A stretch of DNA of 61,750 bases, the filler included. It is 5 parts of 5 records of this genome, joined end to end, with 100 filler letters (N's around TTAATTAATTAA, not from the genome) between each part and the next. Parts side by side here need not be neighbours in the genome. Positions count along the whole stretch, not along the records: positions 1 to 10,880 come from SRR31156797_19655; positions 10,981 to 16,682 come from SRR31156797_19666; positions 16,783 to 25,253 come from SRR31156797_19674; 2 more parts are not named here. The stretch is one strand, 5' to 3'. The notes under the pieces were generated by a model. It saw nothing but the letters and a program-made list of their open reading frames with translations. It ran no database searches and was not told the origin of the DNA. The position numbers were made by a program, and so were the translations under genes. Positions 9,633 through 19,373 of the stretch are shown piece after piece (within the stretch, counting starts at the first letter, position 1; each line of letters opens with the position of its first letter).

Positions 9633-10880
9633 ATGGTCGAAATCGCCGTCATTGCCGACGACCTGACCGGTGCCGCCGACACCGGCATCCAGTTCCGCCC
9701 GGTCTATGCCGACACCCTGCTGATGGCGGCGGCGGCGTTGGCGGATGAGGGCGCGGCGGCGCATGCCGACGTGCTGTCGATCCATACGGCGAGCCGCGCC
9801 CTGGCCGCCGACGAAGCCCGCGACCGTGTCGCCGAAACGGCTCGACGGTTGATCAACCTTTCGCCGCACCGGGTCTACAAGAAGGTCGATTCCTGCCTAC
9901 GCGGCAACGCCGGCGCCGAGACCGAGGCCCTGGTCGAAACCCTGGGCCTAGAGATGAGCTTCGTCGCCCCGGCCTTCCCGCAGATGGGCCGGACGACCGA
10001 GGACGACATCCACCGGGTGCACGGTGTGCCGGTCGCCGAGTCCGAGATGGGCCGCGATCCGGCGACGCCGGTTCTCGACAACCGCCTGACCACCATCATC
10101 GCCGGCCAGGCCCGCCTGCCGGTCGGCCATGTCGGCCTCCAGGCGATCGCGGCGGGTGTGGATGCAACGGTGGCGGAAGTGAAGCGCCTGAAGGAAAGCG
10201 GCGTCCGCCACATCTGTTTCGACGCGACCGAACAGGCGCACCTGGAAACCATCGCGGCTCTGACGCTGGATCGTTTCCCCAAGACCCTGCTGGTCGGCTC
10301 GGCCGGCTTGGGATTGGCGCTGCGCAGCGTGCTCGACCTGCCGCCGGCCCCCGAAGACGACGTGCGGGCCGGCCTGCCGGACGGCCACCACCTGCTGGCC
10401 TTCGGCACGGCGTCGCAACGGGCCCGTGCCCAGATTGCCGCCATGCGCGCGGCCTATCCGATGGTGCTGCGCGAGGTCGCCGCGGCCGACCTGCTGGCCG
10501 GCGGCGGACCGATTACCGAAAGGCTGCTCGACGACTTGACGGGGCTTTCGCTGGAAGGCGATCTGGTGCTATGCATCTCGCCACCCGATACACCGCCTGA
10601 TACGCAGGTTGCGGCCCGCCTGGCCGACGTCTACGGAAAGTTGGTGGCGGCGCTGATTGTTCGGACGCGCCCCGTAACCACCTTCCTTTCGGGCGGCGAC
10701 ACGGCGATCAGCGTCTTGCAGCGCCTTGGCGCAAAAGGATTGAAACTGGCACGCGAGATATCGCCGACCATGGCCTGCGGCCGGGCCGTCGGCGGCGTTG
10801 CCGACGGGTTCATTTTCGGCACCAAGCCCGGTGCCATGGGTAACGACGACGCCATGACCGAATGGCGCCGATTTTGGGAA
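9633..10880 (+). CDS. four-carbon acid sugar kinase (DUF1537, DtnK/DenK-like); stop cut by contig end
   Basis: IADDLTGAADTG, KKVDSCLRGN, APAFPQMGRTT, SGGDTA, TKPGAMG. True start is ATG 9633, not the 8523 track start. Confidence 0.88.
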
Positions 10881-10980
10881 NNNNNNNNNNNNNNNNNNNN
10901 NNNNNNNNNNNNNNNNNNNNNNNNTTAATTAATTAANNNNNNNNNNNNNNNNNNNNNNNNNNNNNNNNNNNNNNNNNNNN
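10881..10980. other. artificial contig spacer
   Basis: N-run + TTAATTAATTAA (stops in all frames) + N-run; base composition changes abruptly across it. Confidence 0.98.
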
Positions 10981-12156
10981 ATTTGGATAATTATCGCAGC
11001 CGTTGTTGTTTTAGGCGTATTCCTGATATTCACGTTGAAGCAGGACAACACAAAGGCAGTCTCAGTACAAATGGAAAAGATCCGTTTGCACACCATTGAA
11101 GCAAAAGTTTATGCAGCCGGATATGTTCAACCTGTTGTAAAGGTCAATATATCCGCGAATGTTGCAGGAGAGATCGTCACACTGAACGTCAGAGAAGGCC
11201 AGAACGTTAAGAAAGGCCAGTTATTGGCTCAGCTTGACAAGGTCATGTATGCAGCAGCCGTTGATCAGGCAAAATCTTATTACAAATCAGCGTTGTCTCG
11301 AAAAGACGTTTCCGAAAAAGAATATAAACGTGTAGCCGAGCTGTACAAGAACGACAACTACAGTGAATCACAATACGATCAGGCAAAAGCAGCATATGAT
11401 CAGGCTGAAGCCGGATTGGAACAAGCTGCGGCAAGTCTTGAACAGGCAGAAGATAATCTGCGTAAAACCACCCTTGTCGCTCCGATCGATGGAACGGTTA
11501 TCGGTTTACAGAAAGAACAGGGCGAAATGGCACTCGGTTCAACTTTCCAGGCAGACGTTGTAATGACGGTTGCGGACCTTTCCGGTATGGAAGTGGAAGT
11601 TGATGTCAATGAGAATGATATTGTACGCGTTGCAGTTGGTGATTCGGTAGATATTGAGATCGATGCTTTGGCTGAACAGGTATTTAAAGGTGTTGTAACA
11701 GAGATATCACAACTTGCTTCAACCATGGGACAAGGTACCCAAAATGCAATTACCAATTTTAAAGTAACTGTAAAAATGATCAATAATCCTCCTGAGATCC
11801 GCTCAGGTATGAATGCGACAGTAGAGATCTTGACAGACAAGAAAATTGATGTGGTCGGTATTCCGATCCGTGCCGTTACGGTTCGCCCCGCAGACAAAGT
11901 ACGCAAAATGGATCCGGCAGCCGAAGGTGGCGCTCCCATGATGGGCAAACCCGAATTGCTTGAAGTAGCATTTGTTGTCGAAAATGACACGGTTCGTGCG
12001 GTTCCGCTTGAATTAGGCATCAACTCGGAAGATTTCTTTGAGATCGTAAGTGGCATTGATACAAGCAATACCGTTGTTATTGGAAATCACCAGGCATTGA
12101 CCTTTGATCTTCAGACAGGTGTTGCCGTAAAAGATGCAAATGCTCCTAAAAAGTAA
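10981..12156 (+). CDS. efflux periplasmic adaptor subunit (MacA/HlyD-like), 5' partial
   Basis: Frame is open from the contig start (IWIIIAAVVVLGVFL TM); VREGQNVKKGQLL, TLVAPIDGTV, VNENDIVRV, RSGMNATV. Confidence 0.9.
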   Translation: MWIIIAAVVVLGVFLIFTLKQDNTKAVSVQMEKIRLHTIEAKVYAAGYVQPVVKVNISANVAGEIVTLNVREGQNVKKGQLLAQLDKVMYAAAVDQAKSYYKSALSRKDVSEKEYKRVAELYKNDNYSESQYDQAKAAYDQAEAGLEQAAASLEQAEDNLRKTTLVAPIDGTVIGLQKEQGEMALGSTFQADVVMTVADLSGMEVEVDVNENDIVRVAVGDSVDIEIDALAEQVFKGVVTEISQLASTMGQGTQNAITNFKVTVKMINNPPEIRSGMNATVEILTDKKIDVVGIPIRAVTVRPADKVRKMDPAAEGGAPMMGKPELLEVAFVVENDTVRAVPLELGINSEDFFEIVSGIDTSNTVVIGNHQALTFDLQTGVAVKDANAPKK

Positions 12157-12190
12157 ACGGAATTCTTGACGATTTTATAAAGGACAGATC

Positions 12191-12898
12191 ATGTCATTAT
12201 TAAAACTGGAAAATATATTTCGCATCTATACGATCGGAGACATAGAAGTCAGAGCTCTGAATGGCGTGGATGTGAATGTTGAAAAAAATGAATATGTATC
12301 GATCATGGGGCCGTCCGGTAGCGGTAAATCAACACTGATGAATATTATCGGATGTCTTGATACGCCCACCAATGGTGGCTATGAGCTTGACGGTACAGTG
12401 ATCCACCGGGAAGTAAAAGACGGACAAGGTGTGGCAAGCGATGATCAATTGGCTGTTATCAGAAACCAAAAGATCGGATTCGTATTTCAGACCTTCAATC
12501 TTTTACCAAGAATGACGGCATTGCATAATGTCGAATTACCCTTGATCTATGGTGGAATGCCGCGATCCGAAAGGCTTGAAAAGGCAAAAGCGGCGCTTGA
12601 GCAAGTACAGTTGGCTGACCGGATGCATCACAAACCGAATGAACTTTCGGGTGGTCAACGTCAGCGAGTTGCTGTTGCAAGAGCTTTGGTCAATGATCCT
12701 TCTATCATACTTGCAGATGAACCTACGGGAAATCTGGATAGTAAAACAAGTTCTGATATCATGGATCTGATCGATAAGCTCCATCAGGAAGGTAATACAA
12801 TTATTCTGGTAACCCACGAACACGACATTGCCGAAAGAGCTAATCGTGTGATCAACATGCTTGATGGTAAAATTCACGAAGATAACAAAAAGAAGTAA
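12191..12898 (+). CDS. ABC transporter ATP-binding protein (MacB/LolD-like)
   Basis: [34 protein letters not shown]. Confidence 0.95.
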   Translation: MSLLKLENIFRIYTIGDIEVRALNGVDVNVEKNEYVSIMGPSGSGKSTLMNIIGCLDTPTNGGYELDGTVIHREVKDGQGVASDDQLAVIRNQKIGFVFQTFNLLPRMTALHNVELPLIYGGMPRSERLEKAKAALEQVQLADRMHHKPNELSGGQRQRVAVARALVNDPSIILADEPTGNLDSKTSSDIMDLIDKLHQEGNTIILVTHEHDIAERANRVINMLDGKIHEDNKKK

Positions 12899-12900
12899 TT

Positions 12901-14124
12901 ATGTTCAATCAACTTTACGAAAGCATTGTAATTGGATTTAAAGCGGTTTTTCAGAGCAAAGGCCGGGCTTTACTGACCATGCTGGGTATTATCATCGGAA
13001 TTTTGTCAGTAAGTCTGATGGGAACCGCAATAAATGGCATTGACAATGTGTTCAATCAAACTCTTGGAATGTTCGGTGACGACGTGCTTTACGTACAGCA
13101 GTTCCCCTGGTTCATGGGGGATGCCGAATGGTGGGAGTTCAGGAACCGGCCGCAGATCAGAGAGGAATACTCCGAAAAGATCTCCGAACGGGCAAGCTCG
13201 ATCGAATATGCCAGTGTAGAGTCAAATCGCAGGGTAACTCTTTCCTATAAAGAGAATACCTCAGAAGGAGTTGATCTTGGCGGCCGTGGTTGGCAATCAG
13301 CCTATATTGATGTTGCAAAGATCAGTTGTGGACGCTATTTCACACAACTGGAAGATCAAAATGCTTCCCGTGTGATCTTGATCGGTTCAGAGGTACATAA
13401 GGTACTTTTCCCTAATGTAGAAGACCCCTGTGGTATGTACTTGAAGGTCAACGGACTCAAGTTCCGGGTGATCGGCGTGTTTGCCGAACAGGGAAAGATA
13501 TTTGGAATGTTCAGTGTTGACAATATGGCTGTGATCCCCTTCCAGTCGTTTAAATCGGTATTTGGCCGCACACGCTGGTTATCCATTCCCTTAAAGATAA
13601 GAGAAGGTGTAGATAAGGATTACGCCATTGAAGAAGTACGGTCGATCACACGTGGTTTACGCGGCTTAAGACCGACAGAAACTGACAATTTTGCGATAAA
13701 CCAGCAAGAAGCTATGGAAGATGAGCTGGGTCGGATAAAGGGAGCCATTGGGGCTGTCGGTATCGGAATTGCTGCATTGTCACTTCTCGTTGGAGGCATA
13801 GGCATTATGAATATTATGTTCGTCAGCGTAAAAGAGCGTACAAAGGAGATCGGTATCCGAAAAGCTTTAGGCGCTAAACGCTGGGTGATCCTGATCCAAT
13901 TTCTTTTTGAGGCGATCATTATCGCCCTGATCGGAGGGTTGATCGGATTAGGCCTGACCTCACTGCTCGTAGGAGTGGTCAATAAATTCTTTGTAGCAAG
14001 CATGTCTTTCGGACTTGTACTGACAGCACTTGGTGTTTCCATTGGTGTTGGTATTGTATCCGGTATTGTTCCGGCCAGTCAGGCGGCAAAACTTGATCCA
14101 ATTGAAGCGATGCGGTACGAATAA
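12901..14124 (+). CDS. ABC transporter permease (MacB/FtsX-like) 1
   Basis: LTMLGIIIGI, VGGIGIMNIMFVSVKERTKEIGIRKALGA, LDPIEAMRYE. Confidence 0.93.
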   Translation: MFNQLYESIVIGFKAVFQSKGRALLTMLGIIIGILSVSLMGTAINGIDNVFNQTLGMFGDDVLYVQQFPWFMGDAEWWEFRNRPQIREEYSEKISERASSIEYASVESNRRVTLSYKENTSEGVDLGGRGWQSAYIDVAKISCGRYFTQLEDQNASRVILIGSEVHKVLFPNVEDPCGMYLKVNGLKFRVIGVFAEQGKIFGMFSVDNMAVIPFQSFKSVFGRTRWLSIPLKIREGVDKDYAIEEVRSITRGLRGLRPTETDNFAINQQEAMEDELGRIKGAIGAVGIGIAALSLLVGGIGIMNIMFVSVKERTKEIGIRKALGAKRWVILIQFLFEAIIIALIGGLIGLGLTSLLVGVVNKFFVASMSFGLVLTALGVSIGVGIVSGIVPASQAAKLDPIEAMRYE

Positions 14125-14133
14125 GGGAAACAA

Positions 14134-15363
14134 ATGAATTTTAAAGAGATATTTCGTTCAGCAAGAGAATCCATAAGGCAAAATAAGCTACGGTCATTCC
14201 TAACCTTGCTTGGTGTGGTGATCGGCATATTTTCCATTATCGGGGTCATGACCGCTATCAATGTACTTCAGCAAAGTGTAGAAGACAATATGAACGGTAT
14301 CGGAGCTGGAACTTTCCAGGTCCAGAAATTCCCGAATATGAACATGGGTAATAACTGGTGGAAATATCAAAGCAGAAAGAATCTCGACTATAAGGATTTT
14401 CAACGATTGCTTCCAAGATTGAAGATCGTGGATTATGCCACCGCAGAAGACTGGAATTGGAACAAGACATTCAAGTATAAAGATAAATCGACTAAACCCA
14501 ATATGGTCATCGCGGGTATTACACATAATTGGGAATTCACCAATAATCTGCGTGTAGGCCTGGGACGTATGATCTCACAGATCGACGAAGAAAATGCATC
14601 TCATGTAGTTGTTCTTGGTTCCGAAGCTGCCGCCATTCTCTTCCAGAATATCAATCCGGTCGGAGAAGACATTAAGATCGATGGTGTAAAATACCGAGTA
14701 GTTGGTGTTGCGGAAGAACGAGGTCAGCGTTTTGGCAATTCAATGGATAATAGAGCATATATGCCACTGACAACGTATTTTAAATACTACGGACAAGCGA
14801 CTTTCACATCATTGAACTATTGCTTTACCATACTCGATCAAGATCAGTTTGACGAAGGCATGCAAGAAGTGATCAATGAATTGCGGCTTATCCGCGGAGA
14901 TAAAATTGGTGAAGAAAACAGTTTCGAAGCATGGACGAATGCATCATTGATAGATAGTTTTAATCAAATGACCGCAGCCATTAGGATCGCAGCAGCCATT
15001 ATTGCTTCAATTGCTTTATTGGCCTCAGGGATCGGGATCATGAATATCATGTTGGTAACCGTTTCCGAACGGACACGTGAAATTGGAGTAAGAAAAAGTC
15101 TCGGAGCAAAAAGGCGGGATGTCCTGTTCCAGTTTATGTTCGAGGCCATGATCTTAACTGAGATCGGTGGAGTAGTAGGGATCATTCTAGGGGTCGTTGC
15201 CGGAAATGCAGTCGCCATTATTGCAGATATGTCCTTTGTGTTCCCATGGGATTGGGCCATTATTGGACTTGTAGTCTGTTCAGCGATTGCATTGGTTTTC
15301 GGATCATATCCGGCATATAAGGCAGCAAAACTGGATCCGATCGAAGCTTTAAGGTATGAATAA
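14134..15363 (+). CDS. ABC transporter permease (MacB/FtsX-like) 2
   Basis: RSFLTLLGVVIGI, GIGIMNIMLVTVSERTREIGVRK, LDPIEALRYE. Confidence 0.93.
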   Translation: MNFKEIFRSARESIRQNKLRSFLTLLGVVIGIFSIIGVMTAINVLQQSVEDNMNGIGAGTFQVQKFPNMNMGNNWWKYQSRKNLDYKDFQRLLPRLKIVDYATAEDWNWNKTFKYKDKSTKPNMVIAGITHNWEFTNNLRVGLGRMISQIDEENASHVVVLGSEAAAILFQNINPVGEDIKIDGVKYRVVGVAEERGQRFGNSMDNRAYMPLTTYFKYYGQATFTSLNYCFTILDQDQFDEGMQEVINELRLIRGDKIGEENSFEAWTNASLIDSFNQMTAAIRIAAAIIASIALLASGIGIMNIMLVTVSERTREIGVRKSLGAKRRDVLFQFMFEAMILTEIGGVVGIILGVVAGNAVAIIADMSFVFPWDWAIIGLVVCSAIALVFGSYPAYKAAKLDPIEALRYE

Positions 15364-15375
15364 ATAAGGGATAGA

Positions 15376-16605
15376 ATGAATTTTAAAGAAATTTGGCGCT
15401 CAGCGCGTGACTCTATCAGACAAAATAAATTACGATCTTTCCTGACATTGTTGGGTGTGGTTATCGGTATTTTTTCCATTATCGGTGTGATGACAGCGAT
15501 CAATGTTCTTCAGCAAACCGTTGAGGAAAACCTGAATGGACTGGGTGCCGGGACATTCCAGGTACAAAAATACCCGAATATGAACATGGGCAATACACGC
15601 TGGAGATATCACAATAGAAAAAATTTGGATTACAGGGATTTTCAACGCTTGCTTCCAAAGCTGAAGATCGTGGATTATGCGACGGCAGAAGATTGGAATT
15701 ACGGAAAAACCATCAGATATAAAGATAAAGCAACCAAAAGCAATTCGATCGTTGCCGGTATCACGCACAACTGGGAATTCACCAATGACCTTAATATCGA
15801 TATTGGCCGGATGATCACGGAAACGGACGAGAACAACGGTTCACACGTTATCATTTTGGGTCGTGATGTTGTAGATGTTCTTTTTCCCAATATCAACCCG
15901 GTCGGAGTGGATGTCAAGATCGATGGTGTAAAGTATAGAGTGATCGGCGTACAGGAGCGCAGGGGACAAAAATTCGGACAGTCTCAGGATAATTATTCCT
16001 ATATACCCCTGACAACCTATTTTAAGTATTACGGCCAGGCTAGTTTTACATCGTTGAATTATTGTTTTACTGTCGTAGATCAGGAGCAATTTGAAGAAGG
16101 CAAGCAGGAAGTTATTCATGAATTGCGTATGATCCGCGGAGACAGTTTTGGCGATGAAAACAGTTTTGAAGTGTGGACAAATGCCTCCTTGATCGATCAA
16201 TTCAATCAAATGACCGCAGCGATCAAGATGGCTGCAGCCATCATTGCTTCGATAGCCTTATTGGCTTCCGGGATCGGGATCATGAACATTATGCTTGTGA
16301 CTGTATCCGAAAGAACAAGAGAGATCGGAGTTAGAAAAAGCTTGGGCGCAAAACGACGGGATATTCTTTTTCAGTTTATGATCGAAGCTATGATCCTGAC
16401 GGAAATGGGGGGGCTTATCGGCATTGCCGTGGGCGTGCTTGCCGGTAATGTGGTTGCGCTTCTGCTAAAGATCGCAGTTGTATTCCCCTGGGATTGGGCT
16501 ATTATCGGCATCGTAATCTGCTCGGCTATTGCATTGATCTTTGGATCATATCCGGCATATAAAGCTGCATCACTTGATCCGATCGAGGCGTTGCGTTACG
16601 AGTAA
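15376..16605 (+). CDS. ABC transporter permease (MacB/FtsX-like) 3, paralog of permease 2
   Basis: Also 409 aa and colinear with the previous gene, with long identical blocks. Confidence 0.93.
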   Translation: MNFKEIWRSARDSIRQNKLRSFLTLLGVVIGIFSIIGVMTAINVLQQTVEENLNGLGAGTFQVQKYPNMNMGNTRWRYHNRKNLDYRDFQRLLPKLKIVDYATAEDWNYGKTIRYKDKATKSNSIVAGITHNWEFTNDLNIDIGRMITETDENNGSHVIILGRDVVDVLFPNINPVGVDVKIDGVKYRVIGVQERRGQKFGQSQDNYSYIPLTTYFKYYGQASFTSLNYCFTVVDQEQFEEGKQEVIHELRMIRGDSFGDENSFEVWTNASLIDQFNQMTAAIKMAAAIIASIALLASGIGIMNIMLVTVSERTREIGVRKSLGAKRRDILFQFMIEAMILTEMGGLIGIAVGVLAGNVVALLLKIAVVFPWDWAIIGIVICSAIALIFGSYPAYKAASLDPIEALRYE

Positions 16606-16682
16606 CGAGTAACGGGTAAACTTGGATATTGGGATTTGTCTCTTCCTTTGAACCCTAAACCCCTAAACCCCTAAACCTCTAA
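16599..16682. repeat. short tandem repeats (7-mer CGAGTAA x3; 8-mer ACCCCTAA-like x4) at contig end
   Basis: cgagtaa cgagtaa cgggtaa ... aaccctaa acccctaa acccctaa acctctaa. Confidence 0.6.
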
Positions 16683-16782
16683 NNNNNNNNNNNNNNNNNN
16701 NNNNNNNNNNNNNNNNNNNNNNNNNNTTAATTAATTAANNNNNNNNNNNNNNNNNNNNNNNNNNNNNNNNNNNNNNNNNNNN
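16683..16782. other. artificial contig spacer
   Basis: N-run + TTAATTAATTAA + N-run. Confidence 0.98.
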
Positions 16783-17197
16783 GGAAGGAATAGGGGGAAG
16801 ACCGCGGTTTAAAGGCGCCGCCCCGGAATAAAACCGCGCCGTATTTTTTTACTTCCTTTGCGATGGTCATGGCCTGGGTCCGGCTTTCCACGGCACACGG
16901 GCCGGCAATGACGACGATTCGGTCGCCCCCGACCACCACATTGCCGATGGTGACCCTGGTGTCCTCGGATTTGAATTCCCGGCTCACAAGCTTATAGGCG
17001 CTTTTAATGGCCAGGGCATCCCTGATCCCTTCCATCTGCTTGTACTCTTCGGCGGATTTTTTGTTGTTGGCGATGATGCCGATAATCGTCCGGCCGGCGT
17101 CGGTGATCTCCCGGATGATACACCCGTCGCGGAAGAGGCTGGCTTTGAGCGCTTCCTTCTGTTTTTTTGTAATCCTGTTATCTAAAACAAGTATCAT
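16783..17197 (-). CDS. aroF: 3-deoxy-7-phosphoheptulonate (DAHP) synthase type I-beta with N-terminal regulatory domain, 3' partial
   Basis: YKLVSREFK, IAGPCAVES, RGGAFKPRSSPYSF. Confidence 0.9.
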
Positions 17198-18711
17198 TTT
17201 GTCCTCCTTTCAACCGGGCGTTTTCCCATCAGGAAAAGGGTCAAGCCCAGGTTGATCAATGAAACTGTGAATACGATAATAAAGGCGGCATAAACCCCGT
17301 CCGCCACCGCGTCCTGGAGCATCCTTCCGGCGTCTTCCGGGATCAGGGCAATGAATTCGGCCTGGAGCAGGTTTTCCATGCTCTCCCGCAACCGGACCAT
17401 GAGGGGCGCCGGGAGAAGGGTGCCGCCGGTTTCCAGGTTGTTCATGAGCCGGGCCGTGACAACGCCGCCGCACACCCCCACGCCAATGGTGCCGCCCAGG
17501 GTTCTGGAAAACTGGTGAAAGGAGGTGGCGACGCCCAGGTCCTCTGATTTAAGGCTGTCCTGGACCTGGAGCAGGGTGGAAAGGGTGATAAACCCCATGC
17601 CAAAGCCGGTCACCAGGAAGACCCCGAAACATTCCGCCATGGCGGTGGTCCGTGAAAAAAACAGGGTCAGGCCGCAGCCGGTCACCATGAGCAGCACCCC
17701 TGCCAGGGTGGCCCTTGCATACCCCACACGGTGCATCATTCGACCGATAATCAGGGAGCCCGCAGACCAGCCAAGGCTCAAGGAGAGCATGACATATCCC
17801 ACCTGAAGGGGGGAATTCCCAAGGGCCCCCTGGAGAAACAGGGGGGCATAGGCAAAGATTGAAAAAATGGAGAAGCTCGCGCAAAAGCCAATGATATTGC
17901 CAAGGGCGAAATCCCGATTTTTAAAAAAGCGAAAATCCAGGATGGGATCCGTTGCCCGTTTTTCCGCCGCATAGTACCCGGCGCCCAGGCAAAGGGTCAG
18001 GAAAGCATAAAAGATGAACCGGGGAGAATTCCAGGGAAGTTCCCGTCCCCCTGTCATCACCAGGAGCAAAAGTCCGAGAATGAATCCGGACATGCAGGTG
18101 ACCCCGGCCCAGTCCAGGTGGACCTGTCCCGGCTTTTCCCGGAACTCCCGGAAAAACAGGACAATACCGGCAAAGGAGAGGATTCCCAGGGGCAGGTTGA
18201 TGAGAAAGATCCAGCGCCAGGAAAAAAAGGTCACGATAAAACCGCCCAGGGTGGGACCGATGACGCTGGAGATCCCCCACACCGAGCTTGCAAGGGAAAG
18301 GGTCTTTGCCCGCTGGCCGGGCAGGGAGACATCGGACAGGACCACGTACACCAGGGCAAAAATGCCGCCGGACCCGATGCCCTGGAAGACCCGGGCCACA
18401 ACTAAAAATCCCATGGACGGTGATGCCCCGGCCGCCACCGAGGCCAGTACAAACAGGCCAACGGAAAACAGAAACAGCTTTTTGGTGGCAAACAGATCGG
18501 ACAGCTTGCCAAAAACAGGCAGGGATACCGCCCTGGCAAGGAAATATGCGGAGTATACCCAGGCATAGAGGTGAAGCCCGCCCAGTTCCGCTATGATGGT
18601 CGGCATGGCGGCTGACATGACAAGGGCATCCAGGGCCCCTAAAAACAATGCCAGCAATGCCGCGCCGATGATCCAGGCTCTGCCCTGGCTGATCGTTTCA
18701 TTGGAATTCAA
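17194..18711 (-). CDS. MFS drug:H+ antiporter-like transporter (14-TM type)
   Basis: LALFLGALD, PVFGKLSD, GPTLGGFIV, WRWIFLINLP; TTG start with GGAAGGAG RBS. Confidence 0.9.
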   Translation of the reverse strand: MNSNETISQGRAWIIGAALLALFLGALDALVMSAAMPTIIAELGGLHLYAWVYSAYFLARAVSLPVFGKLSDLFATKKLFLFSVGLFVLASVAAGASPSMGFLVVARVFQGIGSGGIFALVYVVLSDVSLPGQRAKTLSLASSVWGISSVIGPTLGGFIVTFFSWRWIFLINLPLGILSFAGIVLFFREFREKPGQVHLDWAGVTCMSGFILGLLLLVMTGGRELPWNSPRFIFYAFLTLCLGAGYYAAEKRATDPILDFRFFKNRDFALGNIIGFCASFSIFSIFAYAPLFLQGALGNSPLQVGYVMLSLSLGWSAGSLIIGRMMHRVGYARATLAGVLLMVTGCGLTLFFSRTTAMAECFGVFLVTGFGMGFITLSTLLQVQDSLKSEDLGVATSFHQFSRTLGGTIGVGVCGGVVTARLMNNLETGGTLLPAPLMVRLRESMENLLQAEFIALIPEDAGRMLQDAVADGVYAAFIIVFTVSLINLGLTLFLMGKRPVERRTK

Positions 18712-19373
18712 TGGCTTGTAATCTCCTTCCGGGATGGGAACCTAAAATTCGTCCGGGTTCATGCCGCCCTTCACCGCTTAGGGATAGCTCAGGGGGCACA
18801 CCCGAAAAGGAGGCAGGCAGGGAGGCGTGTCAGAACTATCATTGCTGAAAGCGTTTGTCTGGGGTTCATGGTTTTCCTTCCAACCCTTGAACTTTGGTCC
18901 GGGGGCTCCGGGTTGCTATGGTTTTTTATCTGGTATCTTGATACAGCATCGCAGGCACTCCTGAAAAGGTCAAGGAGATTATGGCCACGTCTTTCACCCC
19001 CTATATGGTTGTGCTGATCAGATTAAGGGACCTGCAGCCGGCCGAGCGCCTGGATGATTGCCGGAGCAACCTGTAGTCCAAGTGATTTCGTCAATCCCCT
19101 GGATTTGTACCTTCCAATGTCATGGATTTCTTTATCTCGGAACTACCCGTTTTTTTATGGGAAATCGTTGCATTTAAATGTCCCGCAGGATAAAGTAATA
19201 AGGAATAGCTCTTTGTATACTGGTTACCTCGTTTCTTGAAAATACATTGCGCTGGTAGTTTAAAGAACCATATCTCAAAGGTAAAGAAGAACTCAAGGCT
19301 CTCCACCGTCTCGAAACCGGTCGGAGAGGAGGAAGAACACAAATGATGTTTGTCGTTCGTTTATGTGATCACC

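Noticed and set aside
8523-10928. 801-aa ORF suggesting a large fusion protein
   Set aside because: The first ~370 codons are an off-frame shadow of the larA-like gene in GC-rich DNA; the real kinase starts at 9633.
16651-16682. CCCTAAA-like repeats at a contig end resembling plant telomeres
   Set aside because: Period is 8 bp, degenerate and only four copies, directly after a bacterial operon; more likely a short tandem repeat that broke the assembly.
18720-19340. Possible riboswitch or ncRNA in the long intergenic region
   Set aside because: Only an isolated hairpin (about 19299-19328); no riboswitch consensus recognisable by eye. An Rfam scan would be needed.
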